A stretch of DNA of 64,000 nt from a virus, in IMG/VR virus record IMGVR_UViG_3300050821_004356, positions 1 to 64,000 of that record, one strand, 5' to 3'. The notes under the pieces are model-generated. The model worked only from the letters and a program-made list of their open reading frames with translations. It did no database searches and was not told the origin of the DNA. Of the stretch, positions 1-9,600 are shown piece by piece; positions within the stretch are counted from its first letter, which is position 1, and each line of letters begins with the position of its first letter. Both the position numbers and the translations under genes were made by a program.

Positions 1-192
1 GTAATCTGCTAGTAGATAATTTGCTCTGATTGACTTGGAAGCTGAAATGCTAACAAGGCGGAAGCCGAAAGGCACCGTGAACGACTAAGCGAGCGAACAC
101 CCTTCGGGGTGATGCGATAGTCTGCTCTTACAGGAAACGAAACTGTAAGAGGTCGGCAGAAATGACCGACCCCGCGAAAGCGGTAACAAACG
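1..192 (+). ncRNA. Group I self-splicing intron, catalytic core and 3' end (5' end lies outside window)
   Basis: Core helices can be paired by eye: P3 TTGCTC(21-26)/GAGCGA(91-96); P6 GCGG/CCGT with GCC-GAAA-GGC; P7 GACTA(83-87)/TAGTC(118-122); P8 CACCC-TTCG-GGGTG; P9 CTCTTACAG/CTGTAAGAG; further hairpins GTCGG/CCGAC and CCGC-GAAA-GCGG; ends AACAAACG (probable omega-G at 192). Confidence 0.85.
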
Positions 193-208
193 GCCTGCTA
201 TTCAATAA
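193..208 (+). CDS. Probable terminal exon of the intron-interrupted upstream gene (G|CCT GCT ATT CAA TAA; possibly the major capsid gene, by position)
   Basis: Short open frame P-A-I-Q-stop directly after the putative omega-G. Host-gene identity is inferred only from gene order. Confidence 0.4.
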
Positions 209-217
209 AGAAACTTC

Positions 218-246
218 TTGACACGGGTTGCAACCTGTGTTAGGAT
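218..246 (+). promoter_or_regulatory. Sigma70-type promoter for the GIY-YIG gene
   Basis: TTGACA(218-223)-17 nt-TAGGAT(241-246) with TGn extension; the spacer is an inverted repeat. Confidence 0.7.
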
Positions 247-247
247 T

Positions 248-304
248 AAGAGTGGGGAAGTCTGCCTCTAACAGGCTTTCCCGACTCGCTCTTTTTTAGA
301 GGAG
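248..304 (+). promoter_or_regulatory. Leader hairpin whose loop is complementary to the Shine-Dalgarno region (pseudoknot/terminator-like)
   Basis: 11-bp stem 254-264/272-282; loop CCTCTAA(265-271) is the exact reverse complement of TTAGAGG(296-302); U-tract at 292-297. Confidence 0.6.
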
Positions 305-309
305 AGAAA

Positions 310-984
310 ATGCTAGTTTATTTAATCACGAATAAAAAGAACGGAAAGAAATATGTTGGTCAGCACGCAGGTAAAGACCTAGAGTCTTACTGGCGTCGAA
401 ACGTTTGGTTGGCAGAAACCGGGTACCAAGGTAAGCGTCTGTTATACAGAGCTATCCGTAAGTACGGCGCAGATGGTTTCGAAGTAGAGCCTCTTGTTAT
501 CGTTGGAACGAAACAAGAGATGGACTATTACGAGATTGGATTGATTAAGGTTTGGGACACAACCAATCCAGAAAAAGGTTATAATATCACGCATGGCGGC
601 GACGGGTCTTTGGGAGTTAAGATGAGTAAAGAGACTAGGGCTAAAATGTCCGAGTCGCGTACTGGTTTAATAATGCCTGAGAGTCATCGTCGTAAACTCT
701 CAGAACGCAATAAAGGTAACAAGTACGCTCTTGGTCGTAAAATGACCAAAGAGAATCACGAGAAATTGTTGGCTACTCACGTTGGTGCAAAACGTAGTGA
801 CGAAGCCAGAGAACGAATGCGACAGGCACAACTAGGCAAGAAACAATCCGAAGAAACAAAAGTAAAACGAGAGCCATCGTTGTTGAGAGGACGGCATACT
901 CGTTGGCATGTCAATCGCAACATCGTAAATCTCAAATGCCTACTCTGTAGGGAAGGAAGCAATAGCAATGTCATTCCACAATAG
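310..984 (+). CDS. Free-standing GIY-YIG homing endonuclease with NUMOD3-type DNA-binding repeats
   Basis: LVYLITNKKNGKKYVGQ, LYRAIRKYG, E...GYN motifs; C-terminal 'SKETRAKMS / SEETKVK' repeats; SD GAGGAG. Confidence 0.9.
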   Translation: MLVYLITNKKNGKKYVGQHAGKDLESYWRRNVWLAETGYQGKRLLYRAIRKYGADGFEVEPLVIVGTKQEMDYYEIGLIKVWDTTNPEKGYNITHGGDGSLGVKMSKETRAKMSESRTGLIMPESHRRKLSERNKGNKYALGRKMTKENHEKLLATHVGAKRSDEARERMRQAQLGKKQSEETKVKREPSLLRGRHTRWHVNRNIVNLKCLLCREGSNSNVIPQ

Positions 985-1678
985 ACACGTAGCCCCTGGC
1001 CAAAACACCGTAGACTTACGCAACACGCGCGCAGCCAAAGACGACGAAGAGTTGTTCACACACCACCACGATTTGCCTACTACCGAAGCGTCGGTACAGG
1101 AAATACTGGCGGGCGGCACCCCTGACTGGGTGAAGCGCCCACACGAGTTTAAAAATTTCGTTCGAGAGTCCTTCGCGCGCGAGAAAGAAATCAGCGACGA
1201 AATGGTGGAGAGATATAAGCTCGACGACCAAGAAGACCTTACGAACGCCAAGGCCCGCATGGTCAACCCGATGTCTACCGACGCGTTCATTAGAAAACTG
1301 AGAGTTAACGATATTTGCCCGATCAAATGCTTCACCGTTTACAACGGTCTTCAAGGCACAGTCGGGCTGTGGTGCATCCCGCCCAAGGTAACAGGTCGCG
1401 CTAGGTACGTGTGTTACGTACGAACGCCCGCTATGTACGAGTGGAGCCTTCTTTTACTCGACAAGCATAATTTACCAGCCGGTGAACTTCGCGGTTGGCG
1501 CACGGTCCTCGCCGAGCTAATCAAGAACGAAATCTTGACAGAGTGGCAGGCCCATCAGATTTTTGGAAATCCTTCCGAGAATAGTTGCTTCCGAAGGTAT
1601 CGTCAAACGTTGTGGGAACAACGCAACGGCAAACGATACACAGAGGATGAGCTAGCTAGTAAGGAAGTCCAAATGTAA
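968..1678 (+). CDS. Hypothetical phage protein (head-tail region)
   Basis: 236-aa ORF with SD, overlapping the previous stop; no recognised motif. Confidence 0.7.
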   Translation: MSFHNRHVAPGQNTVDLRNTRAAKDDEELFTHHHDLPTTEASVQEILAGGTPDWVKRPHEFKNFVRESFAREKEISDEMVERYKLDDQEDLTNAKARMVNPMSTDAFIRKLRVNDICPIKCFTVYNGLQGTVGLWCIPPKVTGRARYVCYVRTPAMYEWSLLLLDKHNLPAGELRGWRTVLAELIKNEILTEWQAHQIFGNPSENSCFRRYRQTLWEQRNGKRYTEDELASKEVQM

Positions 1679-1762
1679 AGGTCAGTCGACGACCATCATC
1701 GTGTCGACAAAAATAAAACGGGTTGTGTACGCCAAAAGGTACACGTAGTTAATAAGGAAAAT

Positions 1763-2440
1763 ATGTCAAACGTACAGAAACCGAAGTCAGTATTTGATCA
1801 GCTTGGAGAAGGTGTAGTGCCCGATGTTGAAGGCGTGCAAGCCGCACCAGCTACTCAAGCAGCAGTCGCAGGACAAACAGCGGCACCTGTCGCTGGTGTT
1901 GACGCGGGTGTACTCGGCCAACTCCTTCAGTATTTGATTTTGAAGGAAGGTCGGGAGGCACAAACGGCGCAAGAAGCCGAGAACCGTAACAAGATGCGTC
2001 AAGTACAACGTGATCGTAACGCCAAGGACTCAGATTCCAAGGCCTTGTTAAAGCAAGCGCGTTGTAAGCACTTGAAGGGCGGAAAGAAAGGTCCGAAGAC
2101 ACAGAACAAGGACTACGCGGTTTACCAACACAGGTTCATCGCGTTCACTACGTACATTCGATGCCGTATTTGCGGTATGAAGTGGTTCCCGAAGGATACA
2201 GTTGAGTATCTCGTCCGATTGGATAAACAAGAACGAGAACGTAAGATTTCAAATCACACTAAAATCGGATGGCGCGAAGCAGTCAATATGACTGACGCAT
2301 CTACCGATACTCAATCAGCATCGGAATCGATTCCGAACGTGGCACCGAACGCAACCAACATCGATCAATACGGCGCAGAATTTACCAGCCGTTTTGTCGA
2401 CAAGGAAACGGGCGAGACCATCGAAGGCGTACAAATCTAA
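1763..2440 (+). CDS. Hypothetical protein with possible Zn-binding CxH...H...CxxC motif
   Basis: 225-aa ORF, SD AAGGA; CKH...HRF...CRICG. Confidence 0.7.
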   Translation: MSNVQKPKSVFDQLGEGVVPDVEGVQAAPATQAAVAGQTAAPVAGVDAGVLGQLLQYLILKEGREAQTAQEAENRNKMRQVQRDRNAKDSDSKALLKQARCKHLKGGKKGPKTQNKDYAVYQHRFIAFTTYIRCRICGMKWFPKDTVEYLVRLDKQERERKISNHTKIGWREAVNMTDASTDTQSASESIPNVAPNATNIDQYGAEFTSRFVDKETGETIEGVQI

Positions 2441-2470
2441 AACAGGTTAACCTAGACCACAAGGTCCCGA

Positions 2471-2500
2471 GGGGCGGCGGTTCCCGCCCTATTCTTTTTT
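2471..2500 (+). terminator. Rho-independent terminator
   Basis: GGGCGG/CCGCCC stem followed by ATTCTTTTTT. Confidence 0.65.
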
Positions 2501-2598
2501 AAAATTTTCCAAAGGCACATGACCCTCAACTTCCTTCCAGAATTCCAACCCCCTTTTATTAGCGCGTCTGCCCAAATTTCTGCGCTAAAGGTGTTTTA

Positions 2599-3516
2599 GT
2601 GCCTGTCAAATTGGTATACACCGAACTTTACTACGATGATTTTCAACGACCGGATGAAAACCCTCTTGACCCGGCACGTTGGGTGGTTCCCCCGGTTGCG
2701 CCGGGAAATGATGAATTACAAATAGTAAACCACGAGGCTTGTACCACTAGACTTTATCAGGCTGACGGCCAAGAAGTTTTTCGACCCGCTCTTCCCGTCG
2801 ATCAATATTGTGAAATAGTTTTAGGAAACATCGTAAACTCCGACCTTCCGGGTCCTGTTCAGTATGAGAACATCCCTCTTCTCTATGTTCGTGCTGGATA
2901 TGCTCCTAATAATTTTGCGAATTTGACTCCGTGTTACGTGGCCTATTTATTTAACGACGCTAACGGAGTTGGTTGGTTGGATGTTTATCAAATAGATTTA
3001 GATATTTCAGTTCCATTCAATGTTGGACCCATTCAAGTGCCCACTTGGATTTGCGGAGACAAGTTCACCGTGGCAGTGGTCGGGAATTACGCTAGTGGAA
3101 ACATCTATGTGAGCAGAAACGGAGTGCTTATTCTAACTGTTCCGCTAAGCACCTCTCCAACTTATATTGACGCAGCGGTTACGCTTGGGAGAGCGGGACT
3201 TCAACTCTCGCAGACTGTTTCTTCGGACAATACCTCTCCTCCTACAAACACGGTGGATATTAGTATCACTCGGTGGGCGGCTGGAAGCGTTAACCTTGTT
3301 GATGTTCCGTCGAATTACAGTGTACCGGATTGTCGGGCTATAGCTCCCGCTCCAAACGCAAGTCGAAATGTTAACGGCACTTTAATTTACGATGCACAGA
3401 TATCCAGCAATCCAGCGGTTCCGAGCAAGGATAGTCGTGCTGCTGGAGTGCCAGTAGCATCGGGAACATATCCACAAAACAGCAGAGCACCGGGCGTGTA
3501 TGGCCCCGGAGAATAA
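2599..3516 (+). CDS. Putative virion accessory protein; beta-sandwich N-domain plus C-terminal module shared with the next gene
   Basis: C-terminal YSVPDCR...GT.IYD.Q.S.N...DSR...NSR.PG.YGPGE is shared with 3520-4401. Confidence 0.65.
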   Translation: MPVKLVYTELYYDDFQRPDENPLDPARWVVPPVAPGNDELQIVNHEACTTRLYQADGQEVFRPALPVDQYCEIVLGNIVNSDLPGPVQYENIPLLYVRAGYAPNNFANLTPCYVAYLFNDANGVGWLDVYQIDLDISVPFNVGPIQVPTWICGDKFTVAVVGNYASGNIYVSRNGVLILTVPLSTSPTYIDAAVTLGRAGLQLSQTVSSDNTSPPTNTVDISITRWAAGSVNLVDVPSNYSVPDCRAIAPAPNASRNVNGTLIYDAQISSNPAVPSKDSRAAGVPVASGTYPQNSRAPGVYGPGE

Positions 3517-3519
3517 TTT

Positions 3520-4401
3520 ATGAGTGTACGCACAGACGGCGTTTCAACCTATCTGACATCACCCGTAGCTGCGGTGTACAGTAGCCTCGCTAAATCAACT
3601 ATCTGCATGTGGGTTAAATGTCTGTCGTCTATTGCTGCTCTTGAGACTATACTAATAAAAGACCAAATCGTTGGTTCTCCGTGGTGCTTTGTTGAACCAA
3701 CAAACGCTATAGGCGCTGATGTTGATGATGACAGTCAAACAGCTTATCAGGTAGATTCTGCCAATAATACTATCACGCAGGGCATCTGGTTTCATTATGC
3801 TACGTCATACGACATGGTGGCTGGAGGCAAGATACAATTGTATCTAAATGGCGTTAATCTTAATGCCCTCAGCAATACAATACCACCCGGCTCGACTCCG
3901 TACGATGATTCAGCAAGCGGTTTTTCGATTGGTAATGGCGCTGGATTTCCTTTTAATGGCGAGTTATCGGATGTGCGCATCTACAATGCTGTGCTCTCTC
4001 CTTCGCAAATAGCATCCGTTGCGGCTGGCGGAACGCCAGCTTCTGCCAATTTGACAGCTTGGTGGAAGTTTTGTTCCGGTAATCTTTTAGCAGACAGTTC
4101 CGGAAATGGGAACACTTTGACGAATTTTGGGGCTGTCGCGGGCGCAACCCAACCACCGATTGATGTTTGCATAGCACCGCCGCCGTCTCTTCCATATTCT
4201 GTACCTGACTGTCGAGTTGCTCCATTCGGCCCCAATGCTAATCGTATAGTTCAAGGAACAAAGATTTACGATGTTCAAACGAGCGATAACGCAGCTATTC
4301 CGCCAGTGGATAGTCGTACATCAAAACCTGTTGATTCAAGAGTCGCGGCAAATATTCCGGAAAACAGCAGGACGCCCGGGATATATGGTCCAGGAGAGTA
4401 G
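3520..4401 (+). CDS. LamG/concanavalin-A-like domain virion protein with shared C-terminal module
   Basis: TICMWVK, WFHYATSYD, LYLNG, FNGELSDVRIYNAVLSPSQI, AWWKF...DSSGNGN LamG signature. Confidence 0.8.
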   Translation: MSVRTDGVSTYLTSPVAAVYSSLAKSTICMWVKCLSSIAALETILIKDQIVGSPWCFVEPTNAIGADVDDDSQTAYQVDSANNTITQGIWFHYATSYDMVAGGKIQLYLNGVNLNALSNTIPPGSTPYDDSASGFSIGNGAGFPFNGELSDVRIYNAVLSPSQIASVAAGGTPASANLTAWWKFCSGNLLADSSGNGNTLTNFGAVAGATQPPIDVCIAPPPSLPYSVPDCRVAPFGPNANRIVQGTKIYDVQTSDNAAIPPVDSRTSKPVDSRVAANIPENSRTPGIYGPGE

Positions 4402-4404
4402 TTC

Positions 4405-5721
4405 ATGTCAAACAGTATTTCAGGCCAAGCCTTAGCGGGCGCAACGATCACTCTTAGCGGCACTGCGAGCGCCGTAACAACTGCGGGACCTACTGGCTTA
4501 TATAGCTTCGCAGGCCTGAACGCAGGTCCTTACATGGTCACACCAAGTAAACTAGGAATCAGATTCACTCCAGTTTCTACGAATGTGACTATTGTAGCGA
4601 TAAACATCTCTGGGGTAAATTTTTTAGGCCAACCAGTCGGAAGCCAGGGATCGACGTACACGATTCAAAATATTATTGACCGAGTAGTTTCATTCGGGGA
4701 TATCGAGCCCGTGCTAAACGTAGGCGGCACGTCGATGGAACCCGCGCTAACAATCGCTAATGATGTGTTTAACGAAATCTGCGCTACGCCTTTTCCTCAT
4801 AAATGGAACTCGGCCGATTTGCCTTTGTTCTACACTTGGTCTTGGCAGCAAGACTACGCGTTGGTGAATCCAGATGGCAGTTCGGTTTATGAATTTGAAT
4901 GGTTGGAACGTGGAATTGCGATTAACATTAGCAGCACGCAAGTACCGAAACCCTGGGTTCGCGTCGAGTGCGGGCGAAGCCTTCAAGCACGTACCGGGTC
5001 GTATACGATAACCAATAATGGCACTATGATGGGTGACCCAGGTTTCATCGTTTCGTCTTTCCCGAATAGTGAACTCTATTATGGTACTTGGGGACAACCC
5101 GATGTTTTAAGCTCGTCTTGGGGTAACAATCCTAAAGCGGGTTCTGTATATATTGGCCCGTTAGCGACGACCGCGATGCCCGCTAATCCTATCTCTCAAA
5201 TCATCGACGCAAACGGAAACCTTCTCGTAATCACGACGTTTGGCACCGAAGGCAGCGCTGCGCCGTTGGCACCAATTAGGGCCGTTCCAGGCACGCAGGT
5301 TTCGGGCTTAGGCGCAACTACAGTTTGGACGGTTGTTGATCCGAACGGCATGGGTATTCGTATCGTAGACGTTCCCACGCAAACGGGTGTTGTGTGGCAA
5401 TTCAATATTGTTGGCCAAATGGTGCCGCCGAAGTTTACTAGTCTTGATGATCTGTTAGCCCCATTGCCCGATAAGTACGAGCCTTTTTTCCGCGCGGGTT
5501 TCATAGCACAGTGCTACCGTTACTCTCCGGAAGCTAAAGTGCGCGCAAAGTTTAAAGAAGAGTGGCCGATGTGGAAGGCGTCTCTCACTGGTATGCGCAT
5601 TGCCCAAGATAGAGAATTGGAAGAGTATTCGTTTCTTCCTGACCGCACCGTGATGGGATCAGGTCGTAGCCGCAACACATTCAAGGGTGGCGCTTGGCCC
5701 TTCAATTACCCCGTTATCTAA
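4405..5721 (+). CDS. Putative head-tail adaptor/ring protein with N-terminal Ig/carboxypeptidase-regulatory-like domain
   Basis: N-terminal GATITLSG...TTA...GLYSF.GL..G.Y.VTPSK; similarity to the next gene (EPA..AN...WN; P.PD.Y); position upstream of the nozzle-like gene. Confidence 0.55.
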   Translation: MSNSISGQALAGATITLSGTASAVTTAGPTGLYSFAGLNAGPYMVTPSKLGIRFTPVSTNVTIVAINISGVNFLGQPVGSQGSTYTIQNIIDRVVSFGDIEPVLNVGGTSMEPALTIANDVFNEICATPFPHKWNSADLPLFYTWSWQQDYALVNPDGSSVYEFEWLERGIAINISSTQVPKPWVRVECGRSLQARTGSYTITNNGTMMGDPGFIVSSFPNSELYYGTWGQPDVLSSSWGNNPKAGSVYIGPLATTAMPANPISQIIDANGNLLVITTFGTEGSAAPLAPIRAVPGTQVSGLGATTVWTVVDPNGMGIRIVDVPTQTGVVWQFNIVGQMVPPKFTSLDDLLAPLPDKYEPFFRAGFIAQCYRYSPEAKVRAKFKEEWPMWKASLTGMRIAQDRELEEYSFLPDRTVMGSGRSRNTFKGGAWPFNYPVI

Positions 5722-5731
5722 TTGATAAACT

Positions 5732-6679
5732 ATGTATACACTAACACAAAGTATTAATTGGTCCCAAGCTTTTTACGAGTACGCGCCTGTGACTGCGGGA
5801 CTCGGTCAAGAACCAGCAGTATCAACTGCGAATATGATTCGCGATACGCTGACTGGGCCGCCGATGACGTGGCCTTGGAATCGTGCCGTATTTCAGCTAG
5901 ATGCCCCGACGACCGTAGGTGAACAAGATTACCCAGTTCCACTGTCTTCTATTCCGGATTTTGGGTTTTTAGAAAAGGTTACGCTTACTGAAACAACAGG
6001 TGCGAACACTGGAAAAGTTTGGGAAATCAAAGACATCTACAATAACTTATCGATGTCACGAGACGCAGATAAACAACGCCCGAACTCAGCTTGCGTTTTC
6101 ACATTGTCGAGTACCCAACTGCTTTTGCGTTTCATCGGTGTACCGAATGCTGCGTATACGGTAACCTTGATATATCAAAAAAGGCCGGTTATGTTTGGTC
6201 CTTATATTATCTCGGCAGCCGGTAACGAATCTGCAGGAGACACGGTATACACAGGTACGTTTGATCCATTAGCATTTCCAGATGGGGCTGTTGCACAAAT
6301 CACTGGGTTCAAAACGAACATCGTAAACAATGGTTCGTTTGTCGTGGTTAATTGCACGGCGACAGCGCTTACTGTTGTTAACGCAGCTGGCGTAGCAGAA
6401 ACAATTACGGCGTACGCGAATAACTTTGATTGGGGTCCGATTCCGGACAGTTACCAAGATATTTACAATAATCTGTTTTTGAGCGAGATGTTCGCTGTCG
6501 AAGACGATGCTCGATCTCAAACGTATCGTCAACGTGGTATTGCAGCCTTTTTGTCCAAGGCCGAAGGTCTTACGCAGCTACAGCGTAACGCGTTTGTCCA
6601 GCAGTGGCTTGCAAGAGGTATTGAGTCAGCATCGTCAGCACAAACGGCTCAACTAGGAAGTCAGGCTCGCGGAGTCTAA
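5732..6679 (+). CDS. Putative head-tail adaptor (tail tubular protein A-like)
   Basis: WPWN...G..DY...P+P...Y.V.L.YQK...PIPD.Y adaptor-like pattern; position. Confidence 0.55.
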   Translation: MYTLTQSINWSQAFYEYAPVTAGLGQEPAVSTANMIRDTLTGPPMTWPWNRAVFQLDAPTTVGEQDYPVPLSSIPDFGFLEKVTLTETTGANTGKVWEIKDIYNNLSMSRDADKQRPNSACVFTLSSTQLLLRFIGVPNAAYTVTLIYQKRPVMFGPYIISAAGNESAGDTVYTGTFDPLAFPDGAVAQITGFKTNIVNNGSFVVVNCTATALTVVNAAGVAETITAYANNFDWGPIPDSYQDIYNNLFLSEMFAVEDDARSQTYRQRGIAAFLSKAEGLTQLQRNAFVQQWLARGIESASSAQTAQLGSQARGV

Positions 6680-6686
6680 GGAATAA

Positions 6687-9600
6687 ATGGCAAGTCTTCT
6701 CGAACAGAGCGGCGGTCAGCCACAGAAACAACCACGCTACGCGAGTGTTTTCAACTCTAGGTTTTTTACCGGCCTTTACACTCAGCGTGCGGCGCTACAC
6801 TCTGCGGCAGATATATACACTGAGAGATTTTACGGCGGTCGTCCTGAAGCTTTATGGTTAGGCGCGAACGTGGAACTTTCTAATAACTTCACTCTCAAAC
6901 GTCGCCCAGGCCTATCTCCGTTTCGTACCGGTGGCATAAGTTTCGGTATAGCGGGAGTACAGCTAGGTACGGCTGGACTTTACGCCGCGCTCGGATATTC
7001 CGGCATCACGAACACGGGTAATACGGTTATCTCTGGCGGAAATATTGGTAGCTTTCCCACGAACTCTATCTCCGGTTTCCCACCTGGCACTTTCGTTCCT
7101 CCTGCGGCCTATGTAACCGCTACCGCCCAAAACCAGACGGACTTGACTGCGGCTTTTGTTTTCTTCAACGGCCTAACACCAGTTCCAATCGGTGGCTCGT
7201 TTGGGACAACGACTTTCACCGCTACGGCTACAGGTTATAACGGCGCACCCGGTTTTGTCGGCGCTGCTTCTAGCACGCTTCATTTCACAGGCGGTACCGT
7301 AACTCTCGATGGCGCAGGTTTATCGAATCCTGTGTTCGTTTTCCAAGTCGGATCGGCTCTGAATGTCGATACGGCCGCAACTACCATCAATTTGATTAAC
7401 GGGGCATCGGCGGTCAACGTAGTTTGGGTTGTTGGGAGCGCGACTACATTTGACGCCCACACACACATTTGGGCTGGCAATATTCTCGCAACGTCAGGCA
7501 TCACTCTTAACGGTGGCACACTGACTGGTCGTGCCCTTGTCACGACAGGCCCTGTTACGATTTCATCCGCTACCAATATCAACATGCCCACGGTTCCGTT
7601 CGGACCCCAACCTGGTGGCGGTCCAGGGAATGGCTATATATACCCGACACAACCGTTAACTGCGTATTCTTTCCAATTGATTGACGGGACAATTCGCGTC
7701 ATCATCGACACTGGCTCGACAGGGCCGTCCGAATCAGATACGATCACGTCGGTGGCCGCGTCAGTAAACGGTCAAGCGGTTTACACAGGCTCATTTACTA
7801 GTGGCGCAAACAACGGCCTTCAAGGCCAATCAGTAACAGTCGCGGGTTTCACGAATAGTTCGAACAACGGCGTATTCGCGGTATTTCAGTCAACTGCTAC
7901 AACGTTAACTCTCGTGAACGCGAGTGCGATTAGTGAGTCGCACGCCGCAACAGCTGCGACAATATTCTTGACGTCCGTCGCTGCTGCGAGCGGTACAGGT
8001 GGCCCTGGTGGGACTGCGACGACCGTTTACACTGGAACGATTACCAATGGTGCGCCTACTGTATCATCGCCAAACGGAGCCTATGCTGGTCTGATATTTT
8101 TGATTTCTGGATTCGGTAACGGTGCTAATAAAGGCGCGTTTGTTTGTGTTGCGTCGACGAATACAACTCTTACTCTCGCTAATCCTAATGGCTTAATGGA
8201 AACAGCGAACGGTACTGCTGTTAGCGCGGGTGCCGTATATTGGGACCAACAGAACGGCAACGCGCAGTTACTGTTTGCTAAGTCTCCTGGTGCTGGTCAA
8301 ACACACTTTATCGGTTCTGGAGGCATTTTATTCTTCGGGGACGGCGTCGATGTCAAAAAATACACACCACTAAACGTTAACTTCCCCACAGGGAGCACGG
8401 TATCTGTTTGGAACTGGGGTATCACAGCGCCCGCTGCTCAACCAGGTATTCAAATTGTTTCTAGCGGTGCTGCGTCTACAGTGTGGCAAGCCAATACCAT
8501 TTTCTCCACGATGGGTCTAACGTATGATGCCACGAACCATCAAGTATGGCAATTGATCGGCGTCAACGCAGACCCGACAAATCCTAATATCACAAACGCT
8601 CAATTTGGAACTTCTGGTACCGGTGGCCCACCTTGGAACCAATCTTTATACGGCACGACCACTGAAACAACCGGTCTTACTTGGCAGAACGTCGGGCAAC
8701 TTGCCCCGTGGGCTCCGAGCTTTGTCTACGGAGATGCTGGCGTTAATGGAACAGCTGCACCGGTAGTTGTTTATGATTCTACCACAAGCGCCGTTTATTT
8801 GAACTTTAACGGTGGCGGCGGATTAAGTCGCAGCGGAACTGTAAAGCCGCCGTTCACTCCGACGGCTGGTTGGAACTACACCGAACAAAACGGTGCCGGT
8901 GGAACTAGCGGCGGCATAACATATAACCAGCCGCACTGGTTTTTCTTTTGCACATACGCGCAAGCCCAGGCTTGGAAGCCGTCTCATAGTTATTCGAATT
9001 GGTACGTAACGGGTGTTCCATTAGGTACTGGCGCTCGTGCTGTAGCCAACGTGGCGTTTGAACCTTTTATTTTTCCGCCTCCGACCGTTGGTTTGAATGG
9101 TAATCCTCCTACTGCGGTTTATTTACAAGTTCCGACTTCGACGGGCACGTCTGGTAGCACGTATACGCCGTTCCCAGCTGTTCCACTAAACGTGGGTCAA
9201 CAGCAAACGGATGGCCAGCTTTTGTGGCAGAACGTGAGCACGCCGTTCGGCGGCGCGCTAAGTGGCGTGTGGCATGCGTCAACAACGTACGTTCCTTGGA
9301 CAATTTCAGGCGCAGCCTTCGGCGTAATTTTTGACGGCACAAATTTACAAGTTGTGACTAAGACAAAGTCCGGCGGCCCAGATTTAAGTGGCACGGTTGC
9401 CCCTGGTACGACAATCGCGGCCGCTGTAACTACCACCGTCGCTGCAAGCACTCCATTGAGTGGAGAGGCTACATACACGTTGAGCACCGGAAGTTGGGTA
9501 AACAACCCACCACCTAATAGCTACGTAACATTCACGGGTTTTACAAATGCCGGGAACAACGGTACTTTCCAAGTTGTTTCGTCAACGAATAATTCGGTTG

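Noticed and set aside
1679-1762. Two hairpins between hypothetical genes
   Set aside because: Short stems with no recognisable motif or U-tract; insufficient to call a feature.
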